DNA of 64,000 bases from the NCBI GenBank assembly GCA_965233585.1, contig CBDDTI010000745.1, positions 480,001 to 544,000 of the forward strand, given 5' to 3'. Below the pieces are notes generated by a model. It searched no databases. It had not been told where the DNA came from and saw only the letters and a program-made list of their open reading frames with translations. Position numbers and translations under genes: made by a program. Below, piece after piece: positions 21,131 to 29,150 of the stretch (positions within the stretch are counted from its first letter, which is position 1; every line of letters begins with the position of its first letter). Origin of the DNA: a bacterium. GTDB lineage: Bacteria; SAR324; NAC60-12.

Positions 21131-22125
21131 TGCAAAAAAATTATGATTGTCTTGTCTTCATTGGCAGATTCCAGATTTTTCATCATGGACATCTGCAAGT
21201 CGTCAAAGAAGCCTTCCAACACACTCATCACCTCCTGATTCTGATTGGTTCTGTGAACATGCCACGGACTGCAAGAAACCCCTTTACATTTGAGGAACGC
21301 AAAGAGATGCTTTTGAACACATGTGCGTCCTTCAAACAACAACTGACTATTTTGCCACTGGAAGACTGCCTGTACAACGAAGCCAAATGGATTTGCCAAG
21401 TGCAAAAACTCATTGCAGAGTATTCCAAAGGGGAGAGAATCGGTTTGATTGGTCATCGGCAAAAAAACACAGCATTCTTTCATCGTTTGTTCCCTGATTT
21501 AGAATCAGTGGAGGCTTCTCATGTGGAAGGGGTCAGCTCTGCCTCTTTGCGAAAAATGTTTTTAGAAGGTCATTTGCCTGATTGTGTTCCTGATGCGGTT
21601 AAGTTACTCCTTGCTCAATTCTTAAAAACAGAACATTACCAGCAAATCCAAGAAGATTATCAATTTGTCCAAAGCTATGACAAGGTTTGGGAAACTGCCC
21701 CTTATGTGCCTATCTTCATCACTGTAGATTCACTTGTTGTGCAATCAGGGTATTTGTTATTGGTAGAAAGAAGGTCTCGTCCGGGTGTGGGATTATGGTC
21801 ATTGCCCGGTCGGTTTTTACAGTCCAAGCAAACGGTTCTTGAATCCGCTCTTTCTCATTTAAAAGATGACGTCCGTTTGAAAGTTCCAATTCCTGTCTTG
21901 AAAGGGTCTCATCACACTTCACGTGTATTTGATGACCCCCATCGCTCAACAAAAGGTCGTGCCATCTCACATACATTGATGTTTGCATTGCATAATGAGA
22001 CGTCCCTGCCTAAAGTCAAAGGCAAACATTCCAAAGTATTCTGGGCAAAATTAAGTGACGTCTCTCGTCAAAAAATGTTTGATGACCACTATGACATCAT
22101 TCAAAATATGCTTCCTTTACTTTAG
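21130..22125 (+). CDS. nadM: Bifunctional NMN adenylyltransferase / Nudix-fold protein (NadM-Nudix) with degenerate Nudix box
   Basis: FIGRFQIFHHGH, RNPFTFEER, APYVPIFITVD, FDDPHRS..GR, FDDHYDII. Confidence 0.85.
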   Translation: MQKNYDCLVFIGRFQIFHHGHLQVVKEAFQHTHHLLILIGSVNMPRTARNPFTFEERKEMLLNTCASFKQQLTILPLEDCLYNEAKWICQVQKLIAEYSKGERIGLIGHRQKNTAFFHRLFPDLESVEASHVEGVSSASLRKMFLEGHLPDCVPDAVKLLLAQFLKTEHYQQIQEDYQFVQSYDKVWETAPYVPIFITVDSLVVQSGYLLLVERRSRPGVGLWSLPGRFLQSKQTVLESALSHLKDDVRLKVPIPVLKGSHHTSRVFDDPHRSTKGRAISHTLMFALHNETSLPKVKGKHSKVFWAKLSDVSRQKMFDDHYDIIQNMLPLL

Positions 22126-22223
22126 TCATCAAGTCAAAAAAATGTTTGATGAATCTCAAGTGTTGTTAGTGAAATGAGACCCTTCACAACAACAAACGTT
22201 ATCTTAAAAAGTTGTCTTACTCA

Positions 22224-23681
22224 ATGACAAGCAAACTATTATTTGAGACTAAAAACTTGGGGCTGTTCCGTAAAAAATGGATTCTACGCAACGTCTCTTG
22301 GCAGGTGAATCGTGGTGAACATTGGGCAGTCATTGGTCATAACGGCAGCGGTAAATCTTCATTACTCAAAGTCCTCAAAGGCTCTTTGTATTATTCTGAA
22401 GGTTCATTGCAAAAATGCGAAAACCTGCATCACCAAACCAAACTTCTTTCCTTTGACACCCAACTCCAGTTACTGCAAAAAACCATGATTGACGACCAAG
22501 CCAAAGCATTTTCTGAATCCTTTCAAGACATTCAGGTCAATGATGTTTTGCAAAAGGAATCCACATGCAAATTGGTTGAGAAATTTGCCATTCATCATTT
22601 GCTACAACAACCCATCACAGCATTATCCAATGGAGAAACCCGAAAAGTCTTAATTGTCAAAGCGTTATTCAATTCTCCCAAATTAGTCATACTAGATGAA
22701 CCCTTTGAGGGATTAGATACTTCATCTCAAAAAGATTTTGCGAAATGGCTAGAAGGTATGGTTCACACCACAACCTTTATTTTGGCTTCACATCGCTTTG
22801 ATGACATTCCTGCTTTTTTGACGCATGCTCTGTGTCTGAAACAAGGACAAGTTTATGACCAAGGGAATCGCGACAAAATTTTGCAAAAGACAAGAATTGC
22901 AGAGTTTTACGGAGAACCTCAGCAAGTGGCTAGTCTTGACATTCCCAAGCCATTACAACATATTGACAAATCAACTTTAGTAGAGATGATTAATGTCAAT
23001 GTGTCTTATGGTCAAAAAAGTATTTTGAAGGATTTTAATTGGAGGGTTTCTTCAGGCGACCAGTGGCAAATCATTGGAGCAAATGGCACAGGCAAATCCA
23101 CATTGGTCAAGTTAATTTATGGCAGTTGTTTACAAGTTCATTCAAACGAAGTTTACCTTTTTGGCAAGAGAAGAGGCAAAGGCGAGTCTCTTGAAGAATT
23201 ACGGTCAAGCATAGGTTTGTTGTCTCCTGAACTTCATTTGACATACGATGCTCATGTTCCCACTCAAACCTCTATTTACGCTGTCATTTTGTCTGGTTTT
23301 TTTGACTCCATTGGACTTTATCAAACGCCAAACAACAAACAACAAGAAATCGCAAATCAATGGTTGGAAGTTTTTCAACTTTTAGACTGGAAAAAAGAAA
23401 GGTTTTCACAGCTTTCATACGGTCAAAAGATGTTGTGCTTGCTCGTACGTGCATTGGTCAAAAGCCCCAAACTTTTAATCCTTGACGAACCTTGTCAGGG
23501 AATGGACTACGCAACACGCACACAAGTCTTACAAAAAATTGACCTTGCCATTGCGACTTTTAGCCTCACAACCCTCTACATCACTCACAACAGAGAAGAC
23601 CAACTACAAAGCACCAATCAATATCTTCATTTGACCAAATCAAACACGAAAACTTTTGGAGATTCTCATCACCTCAACTAG
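22224..23681 (+). CDS. modF: Dual-domain ABC ATPase, ModF-like
   Basis: Two Walker A motifs (GHNGSGKS, GANGTGKS), LSNGETRK, LFGKRRGKGES, SGFFDSIGLY, LDEPCQG. Confidence 0.8.
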   Translation: MTSKLLFETKNLGLFRKKWILRNVSWQVNRGEHWAVIGHNGSGKSSLLKVLKGSLYYSEGSLQKCENLHHQTKLLSFDTQLQLLQKTMIDDQAKAFSESFQDIQVNDVLQKESTCKLVEKFAIHHLLQQPITALSNGETRKVLIVKALFNSPKLVILDEPFEGLDTSSQKDFAKWLEGMVHTTTFILASHRFDDIPAFLTHALCLKQGQVYDQGNRDKILQKTRIAEFYGEPQQVASLDIPKPLQHIDKSTLVEMINVNVSYGQKSILKDFNWRVSSGDQWQIIGANGTGKSTLVKLIYGSCLQVHSNEVYLFGKRRGKGESLEELRSSIGLLSPELHLTYDAHVPTQTSIYAVILSGFFDSIGLYQTPNNKQQEIANQWLEVFQLLDWKKERFSQLSYGQKMLCLLVRALVKSPKLLILDEPCQGMDYATRTQVLQKIDLAIATFSLTTLYITHNREDQLQSTNQYLHLTKSNTKTFGDSHHLN

Positions 23682-23687
23682 ACAACT

Positions 23688-23775
23688 AAAAGCGTATTTG
23701 ATAAAATGGGCACCTCCCAAATTTTGAGGCAAAAGCGTATTTGATAAAATGGGCACCTCCCAAATTTTGAGGCAA
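23688..23775. repeat. Perfect 43-bp tandem duplication (2 copies)
   Basis: AAAAGCGTATTTGATAAAATGGGCACCTCCCAAATTTTGAGGC at 23688-23730 and 23731-23773. Confidence 0.95.
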
Positions 23776-23817
23776 GAGTCGTTTTTAGGTCATTTTAAAT
23801 TTAGAAGTCATTGAATC

Positions 23818-24603
23818 ATGTTTGTACTAACATTTTTTGAAAGATACACATATCCAAAAGCGATAGCGTTTTCTTTCGTGACTGCAGTTTTGTTGATACC
23901 CGCGTTTTTAGGCGGACAAGCTCTTTTCGGAAAGGGTGTAACTTTTGGTCTTTGGTTACTGTCGGTGAAATTTGTCATGGCATTTGGATTCGGATTAATG
24001 CTATACAAAGCCAATGTATTGGGAGTGCTAAACAACTGGTCATTTAATAAACGGCAGTTGTTGGTCATTGCTCTTCCTTTTTTGGCAATCCTTTTACCTG
24101 CATTTTTAGTCAATGGTTGGAGTATTCGTGAAGGACGTCCTATCTTCATTGTCTTATTGTCCAATCAATCCACAGGATTTTTAGAAGAACTTCAATTCCG
24201 TGCAGTCTTATTGCTAGCAATGTTTTATGTTTATTTAAAATCGGGTGATGAAAAGTGCATTGTGAAAGTTGTGCTTGTAACTGCAGTGGGGTTTGGAGTG
24301 ATGCACAGCATGAATATACTAGCTGGCATGCCATTGTCACATGTTCTTTATCAGGTCACTTTTACTACTGCTATGGGAATCGCTTATGCAATCTTTGTGG
24401 TGATCACACGTAATATTTGGATTATTGCAGTTTATCATGGTCTGTCTAACAGTTTAGACCCCGATGGAGCTTTTCCATTTATACCAGAAGAACATAACAC
24501 TTTGATTTTGAGCATCACTTTGGCAATATTGATGTTCGCACTATATGAACCACAAGACGCAAGGACAATTTTTGCTAAACTGAAATCAAGAGTCAAAATA
24601 TAA
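23818..24603 (+). CDS. CPBP (CAAX protease/Abi) family intramembrane metalloprotease
   Basis: EELQFR, FGVMH, YHGLSN motifs; multi-TM. Confidence 0.88.
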   Translation: MFVLTFFERYTYPKAIAFSFVTAVLLIPAFLGGQALFGKGVTFGLWLLSVKFVMAFGFGLMLYKANVLGVLNNWSFNKRQLLVIALPFLAILLPAFLVNGWSIREGRPIFIVLLSNQSTGFLEELQFRAVLLLAMFYVYLKSGDEKCIVKVVLVTAVGFGVMHSMNILAGMPLSHVLYQVTFTTAMGIAYAIFVVITRNIWIIAVYHGLSNSLDPDGAFPFIPEEHNTLILSITLAILMFALYEPQDARTIFAKLKSRVKI

Positions 24604-24695
24604 ATGTAGAGCAAGCCTGCAATGCTCAAAACAAGTTCTTCTCAAATTCATTTCACAATACAAAACTTGCGTTTTAGTCAATCTGACTAATATCC

Positions 24696-24724
24696 TAGAC
24701 ATTTTTGATTCTTCAAATTATAAT
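24696..24724 (+). promoter_or_regulatory. Putative sigma70 promoter for tRNA-Leu
   Basis: TAGACA, 17-bp spacer, TATAAT ending 13 bp before the tRNA. Confidence 0.6.
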
Positions 24725-24737
24725 GTCTTCCTTTTAG

Positions 24738-24819
24738 GCGAGAGTGGCGGAATTGGTAGACGCACCAGATTTAGGATCTGGCGCCGCAAGGTGTGGGAGT
24801 TCGAGTCTCCCCTCTCGTA
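24738..24819 (+). tRNA. tRNA-Leu(TAG)
   Basis: Acceptor GCGAGAG/CTCTCGT plus discriminator A, D-arm GGCGGAATTGGTAGACGC, anticodon arm CCAGA-TTTAGGA-TCTGG, long variable arm, GTTCGAG T-loop; CCA not encoded. Confidence 0.97.
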
Positions 24820-24822
24820 TTT

Positions 24823-25182
24823 TCAACGTCGTGTTTTTCTTCTGCAACGTTTGTCCCAGTTGTCTCCTTCAATGCAGGGAGGATGCAGACTCCTGCCGTC
24901 ACAATAGAGTGATTTAGAATGTGGTAAAGAGTTTTGAATAGGCAAAGCGGCGATGTGTCCATTCAGAAAAAAAACAATCACGCCTTTCTCGGTGGCAACA
25001 ATCTTTGAAATTGGTGACTGCCTTGCATTCCCTAGCAAAACAGCATATTCAGGTTCATAAACAAGCTCACAGACTCGTCTTGCCTCTTGTTCTTCTGCCA
25101 GTGGGTAAAGATAGACAGGTGAACCACCAGAAGACGAACACCCAACTATGACCAATCCCACCAAATGAAATCTTATGTTCAA
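24823..25182 (-). CDS. Hypothetical lipoprotein
   Basis: Possible TTG start at 25182 gives RFHLVGLVIVG-C lipobox; converges on the tRNA. Confidence 0.4.
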   Translation of the reverse strand: MNIRFHLVGLVIVGCSSSGGSPVYLYPLAEEQEARRVCELVYEPEYAVLLGNARQSPISKIVATEKGVIVFFLNGHIAALPIQNSLPHSKSLYCDGRSLHPPCIEGDNWDKRCRRKTRR

Positions 25183-25369
25183 CGACCTTGACCCTCGTGA
25201 AAAAAAAGCGTTGATTATTTTCTTTGCGTTACTTGCTCTCATTGTCACCTACTTGGGAACACATAACATTGAATTTGAAAACACCGAAAGTCTGTTGGAA
25301 GAGCAAGACAGCTTGCAACAGTTCCCACCACCAACTGACCAACCCCGTTCATACGAAAGCTATTTATAA
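25175..25369 (+). CDS. Small single-TM hypothetical protein
   Basis: KK followed by a hydrophobic helix and an acidic tail. Confidence 0.4.
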   Translation: MFNDLDPREKKALIIFFALLALIVTYLGTHNIEFENTESLLEEQDSLQQFPPPTDQPRSYESYL

Positions 25370-25392
25370 AAAGTAGTTGTTTTGGGTTTATT

Positions 25393-26040
25393 TTATTTGC
25401 ATTCAACAGTTTGACCAGACTTATTTAATAGTTCCTTCCAATTTTCCATATGATGATTTTTAATTTCTGTTGAAGATTTTGCATCATTGATTAAGTTCTT
25501 AGTATACGTATCTAAAAATATTTTATAATCATCTATAAATCTCAAATAGTATTTAATGCTCATTAAAATACCATTAGCAATAATATCAATATTTTGAGTC
25601 ATTTTAATCTCCAAAATCAAATCATTTACCTCATTTTCAATTTTCTCATTTGCAAATCCATTTTTAAAAGTAGTCAAAATGTAGTAACGATCTACTTGAA
25701 CATTTTCTAATTTTTTGACAATATCCAAAATCAAATCTTTTGTAATAGGAATATTGTGCTTGATCTCAATGATTTCAAAAGGATTATCTTCGTAATCATA
25801 GATTTCTATATCTCCAAAGCTGTGTTTATCAGAGGCTGTATGAACTTCTAAAGGGATTAGCTTTTTGTACTTATATCTGGAGAGAACTGGAATTAAAATT
25901 TCATAAATAGAATAAATTGCAATCACAGGTAATCTTGAACTGGTTTTATTGCTAAAGTGTTTATCTAGCATTTCAAGAACCCCGTTAATATTTAAAGCCT
26001 CTTTAAGTTCTATTTTCTCAAGAGATTTAAAATTTTTTTC
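25393..26040 (-). pseudogene. Restriction-endonuclease-like PD-(D/E)XK nuclease, 5'-truncated by IS1
   Basis: GDIEI...IEIKH motif, very AT-rich; the frame is open from 26040 (EKNFKSLEKIELKEALNINGVLEM...) up to the IS end and hits TAG inside the IS terminal repeat. Confidence 0.65.
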
Positions 26041-26800
26041 GGTATTGTTAAACTATAAGTGATATGCGATATTAAGTTCATTTAATTGAATTGATAGTCA
26101 TGGTGTAGCAATGAAGTCGTGTCCTAGATGTGAAAGTGAGAAGATGGTTAAGAATGGTTTTTTATATGGTAAACCGAGGAGGCGTTGCAATGCCTGCAAC
26201 TATCAATATACCAAGTCCTATCGTGGTCAAATCTCACCACAGATCAAAAGAAGAGCATTAGAGTTGTATTTGGAGGGTCTTGGTTTCAGGTCAATCGGTC
26301 GTTTGCTGAATTGTTCTCATGTTTCAGTTTATAATTGGGTCTGTAGTTTTGGCGAACAGCTCAAGGCATTAAGAAAGGACACAGACATTGAAATTATGGA
26401 AATTGATGAAATGCACACCTACATCCAGTCAAAAAAAACTACTGCTGGCTCTGGATTGCTGTTGATAGATGTGGGAAGCAATTTATCAATTGTGTGCTTG
26501 GAAACAGAGACTCAAAAGCCTGTAGGCATTTATGGGACAAGGTCAAGGAAACAAAACCTCTTCAGGTGATGACTGATCACTGCAAGGCTTACAAACAAGT
26601 CATTCCCAAAGAAATTCATACATGTTCCAAGGCAGAAACATACACGATAGAAGGGTATAATTCTCTCTTGAGACATTTCTTGGCAAGAATGAGAAGGAAA
26701 ACCAAATGTTACAGCAAGTCTCTTAAAGCATTACAATATTCTGTTCTTTTGTTCATGGCAAAACGGAATAATCAGCTATCACTTATTACTTAACAATGCC
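26041..26800 (+). mobile_element. IS1-family insertion sequence, 760 bp, apparently intact
   Basis: IRL GGTATTGTTAAACTATAAGTGATA, IRR reverse complement GGCATTGTTAAGTAATAAGTGATA; insA/insB ORFs; second copy at 60026. Confidence 0.95.
26111..26793 (+). CDS. IS1-family transposase InsAB via -1 frameshift
   Basis: Zn finger CPRC..CNAC, HTH, EIDEMHTY; A8C at 26431-26439 links to NYCWLWIAVDR...MTDH...IEGYNSLLRH. Confidence 0.9.
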
Positions 26801-26822
26801 TATATTTTTAAGGAGACAAACA

Positions 26823-27503
26823 ATGACTGATGAAGAATTAAAAGAGCTGGTTGCTTCTAATGCAAAGGCAATCGCAGAGCTGACAAAGAAGCAAGAAGAA
26901 AATGCCAAACGACAAGAGGAAAACAGCAGGCAGTTGGAAGAACTGACAAAAAAGCAAGAAGAAAATGCCAAACAGCAAGCCGAAACCACTTTGCAACTTC
27001 AAGAACTCAGACCAGCAGTTGCCAGCATGATGCGGGGCATTCAGAAGATGGAAAACTTCATCAGCAATACTTCAGAGATTTTAGAAAATCGTCTGCGCCG
27101 TTCTGTGGAACAAGTTATAGAAAAAAATGGTTTCATTGAAATTGGTGGCATTCGCTACGACGAAGTGGAACAAAACCTCAAAGGGAAAGATAATGGCATC
27201 ACGGCTCAATATGACCTCGTACTGTTCAGTAAAACAAAGCATCTGCTTTTGATAGAAGTCAAACGTAAGCCTCATGTTAAGGATTTCCAACAAGTGTTTC
27301 GGCAGAAAGAGACCTTCCCTAAATTGTTTCCAAGTTATCAAGACTATACAATTCACTGTGGTTTAGCTGGAGAAATCTTTTATGAGGAACTCATCAGTGA
27401 GGCAGAAGAAGAAGGCATTTATCTTTTTCAAGAACAAGCGGGAGAATTACAGGTCATTACTTCTTCTTCGCTGCAGCTACAGCTGGAGGCAATAGAATCC
27501 TGA
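26823..27503 (+). CDS. Coiled-coil plus PD-(D/E)XK nuclease-fold protein (DUF3782-like)
   Basis: RBS AAGGAG before ATG 26823; 21-aa-period repeat ELTKKQEENAK; QYDLV...IEVK; FPKLFPSY, GLAGE, GIYLFQ. Confidence 0.75.
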   Translation: MTDEELKELVASNAKAIAELTKKQEENAKRQEENSRQLEELTKKQEENAKQQAETTLQLQELRPAVASMMRGIQKMENFISNTSEILENRLRRSVEQVIEKNGFIEIGGIRYDEVEQNLKGKDNGITAQYDLVLFSKTKHLLLIEVKRKPHVKDFQQVFRQKETFPKLFPSYQDYTIHCGLAGEIFYEELISEAEEEGIYLFQEQAGELQVITSSSLQLQLEAIES

Positions 27504-27529
27504 AAATTCGTTTTCTGCTAGGGAGAGGT

Positions 27530-27739
27530 TTGCAAATGGTTCTCACCAAAACATGAACTGAAGAGCTTGGTTCGTATCTTTTACAGACCAAAGCAGATGA
27601 AGTAGAGGTAATTTGTCCTTCTCACAAAAGCACCTCCAAAGAACAACAACAGAGATATAGAACAAGTCTAAATGAGCAAGTAGAAGAAGTTTTTAATGAA
27701 TTTTTGGATCAACGAATTTCAAGGAAAAAAGAAAGATGA
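27530..27739 (+). pseudogene. C-terminal fragment A of a DUF3782-like paralog
   Basis: LTKT*TEELGSYLLQTKADEVEVI aligns with ISEAEEEGIYLFQEQAGELQVI; the frame ends at TGA 27737-27739, overlapping the rpn ATG. Confidence 0.6.
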
Positions 27740-28626
27740 TGCGATTTTTAGACATGAAGACAGATTATGCCTTCAAGATGGTGTTTGGCAGTGAGCAGAA
27801 CAAAGACATTTTAATCAGCTTGCTCAATTCTATTGTTCACTTTGAAAATGACCACAAAATCAAAGACTTAACTTTGCAAGACCCCTACAATCTGCCTTTG
27901 TTAGAGGGCATGAAAAACTCCTTTGTAGATGTCAAAGCAAGGTTAGACAACGGCAAGTTAGTCATTATTGAGATGCAGGTGCTGAAACATGAAGGTTTTG
28001 AGCAACGAATCCTTTACAATGCCTGTAAGAATTATTCTGCACAACTCCAAGAAGGAGACCCCTACCAGCTCATCAATCCTGTCATTGCTTTGAACTTTGT
28101 CAATTTTGTCATGTTTGCAGAAAATGAGCAGCTGATTAATCACTTTCAGTTATTAGAAAAAACACTTTTCACCCGTTATTCTGGAGACATTGAACTGATT
28201 TTTGTAGAATTGCCAAAATTCCAGAAAAGATTAGAAGAGTTGCGAGAATTGAAAGAGCAATGGATTTATTTTGTCAAAAATGCAGAACTGCTGCATGACA
28301 TTCCAGAAAATCTTGATTCGCACATCCAAAAAGCATTGGTGCAAGTTAATACTGCTGCAATGACACCACAAGAATTGGAGAGAATCTATAAGCGGAGAGA
28401 ATTTTCTGTCGTCATCAACAGTGTTAAACATCAGAGCTTTCAAGAAGGCAGAGAGGAAGGGCTTGAGAAAGGCAGAGAAGAAGGTAGAGAAGAAGGGCTT
28501 GAGAAAGGCAGAGAAGAAGGTCTTGAGAAAGGAAAACTTGAGATTGCCCACAAAATGTTGGCATCTGGCACCGATTTAGAGACTGTTTGCCATTTGACAG
28601 GACTCACCAAACAACAACTTAAATAA
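27736..28626 (+). CDS. Rpn family recombination-promoting nuclease / putative transposase (PDDEXK_2)
   Basis: DYAFKMVFG, DVKARL, IIEMQ, FVELPKF, C-terminal EEG repeats, TGLT end. Confidence 0.93.
   Translation: MMRFLDMKTDYAFKMVFGSEQNKDILISLLNSIVHFENDHKIKDLTLQDPYNLPLLEGMKNSFVDVKARLDNGKLVIIEMQVLKHEGFEQRILYNACKNYSAQLQEGDPYQLINPVIALNFVNFVMFAENEQLINHFQLLEKTLFTRYSGDIELIFVELPKFQKRLEELRELKEQWIYFVKNAELLHDIPENLDSHIQKALVQVNTAAMTPQELERIYKRREFSVVINSVKHQSFQEGREEGLEKGREEGREEGLEKGREEGLEKGKLEIAHKMLASGTDLETVCHLTGLTKQQLK
28444..28540 (+). repeat. 12-bp-period coding repeat (EGRE/EGLE/KGRE) in rpn
   Basis: GAAGGCAGAGAG, GAAGGGCTTGAG, AAAGGCAGAGAA and variants, about 8 units. Confidence 0.85.
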
Positions 28627-28666
28627 TAAACTCACTTATGAAGCGTCAGACAATGTAGTGCTGTAA

Positions 28667-28845
28667 CTGAACGATTTTGGACAACTGCTTAAAAAAAGAG
28701 AAAGTTTTGTCAAGATTTTCAAAGATTACGAAGGGTTTCAGGTTCATCTGGGATTAGCAGAAGAGACTCTTTGTGAGGAGCTTTTGACAAAAGCTGAAGA
28801 GCTTGTGTCTATCTTTTGCAGACTCAAGCAGATGAGATAGAAACG
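28667..28845 (+). pseudogene. C-terminal fragment B of a DUF3782-like paralog
   Basis: LNDFGQLLKKRESFVKIFKDYEGFQVHLGLAEETLCEELLTKAEEL, frameshift, VYLLQTQADEIE; aligns to the C-terminus of 26823-27503. Confidence 0.75.
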
Positions 28846-28909
28846 TCATTTTTCAACTCGTCTTTGACATCTGTGCCTCTTTTTTACGTTTTAACCTCAA
28901 ACTAAAAAT

Positions 28910-29112
28910 GTAGAGGTCAAAAAAATGACATTGACCGGATTTTAAAACAAAAGCAAACCTTCCCTGTTGTGTTTCCTCACTTCAAAAATTTTACCTTTCA
29001 TTCAGGATTAGCCAGTGAATCTTTTGACAAAGATTTGATGCAAGAAGCCAAAGCCAACCAGATTTACCTAATGCAAGAAAAAGCAGGAGTCATTCAAATC
29101 ATTGCTACTTAA
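28910..29112 (+). pseudogene. C-terminal fragment C of a DUF3782-like paralog
   Basis: VEVKK, frameshift in an A-tract, NDIDRILKQKQTFPVVFPHFKNFTFHSGLASESFDKDLMQEAKANQIYLMQEKAGVIQIIAT*. Confidence 0.8.
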
Positions 29113-29150
29113 TAGTTTACTCTCATTCCTTCCCCCATTCACTACACATG

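Noticed and set aside
23688..23775. CRISPR array
   Set aside because: Two abutting identical units with no spacer, and no cas genes in the window
24771..24962. 63-aa minus-strand ORF
   Set aside because: Runs antisense through the tRNA-Leu gene
26796..26822. ORF-track start at 26796
   Set aside because: That ATG lies inside the IS right terminal repeat; AAGGAG supports ATG 26823
26823..29112. Diversity-generating retroelement
   Set aside because: No reverse transcriptase is present and the differences between fragments are not adenine-specific
24790..29150. Integrase-type island or prophage at tRNA-Leu
   Set aside because: No integrase, no phage genes and no duplicated tRNA 3' end seen
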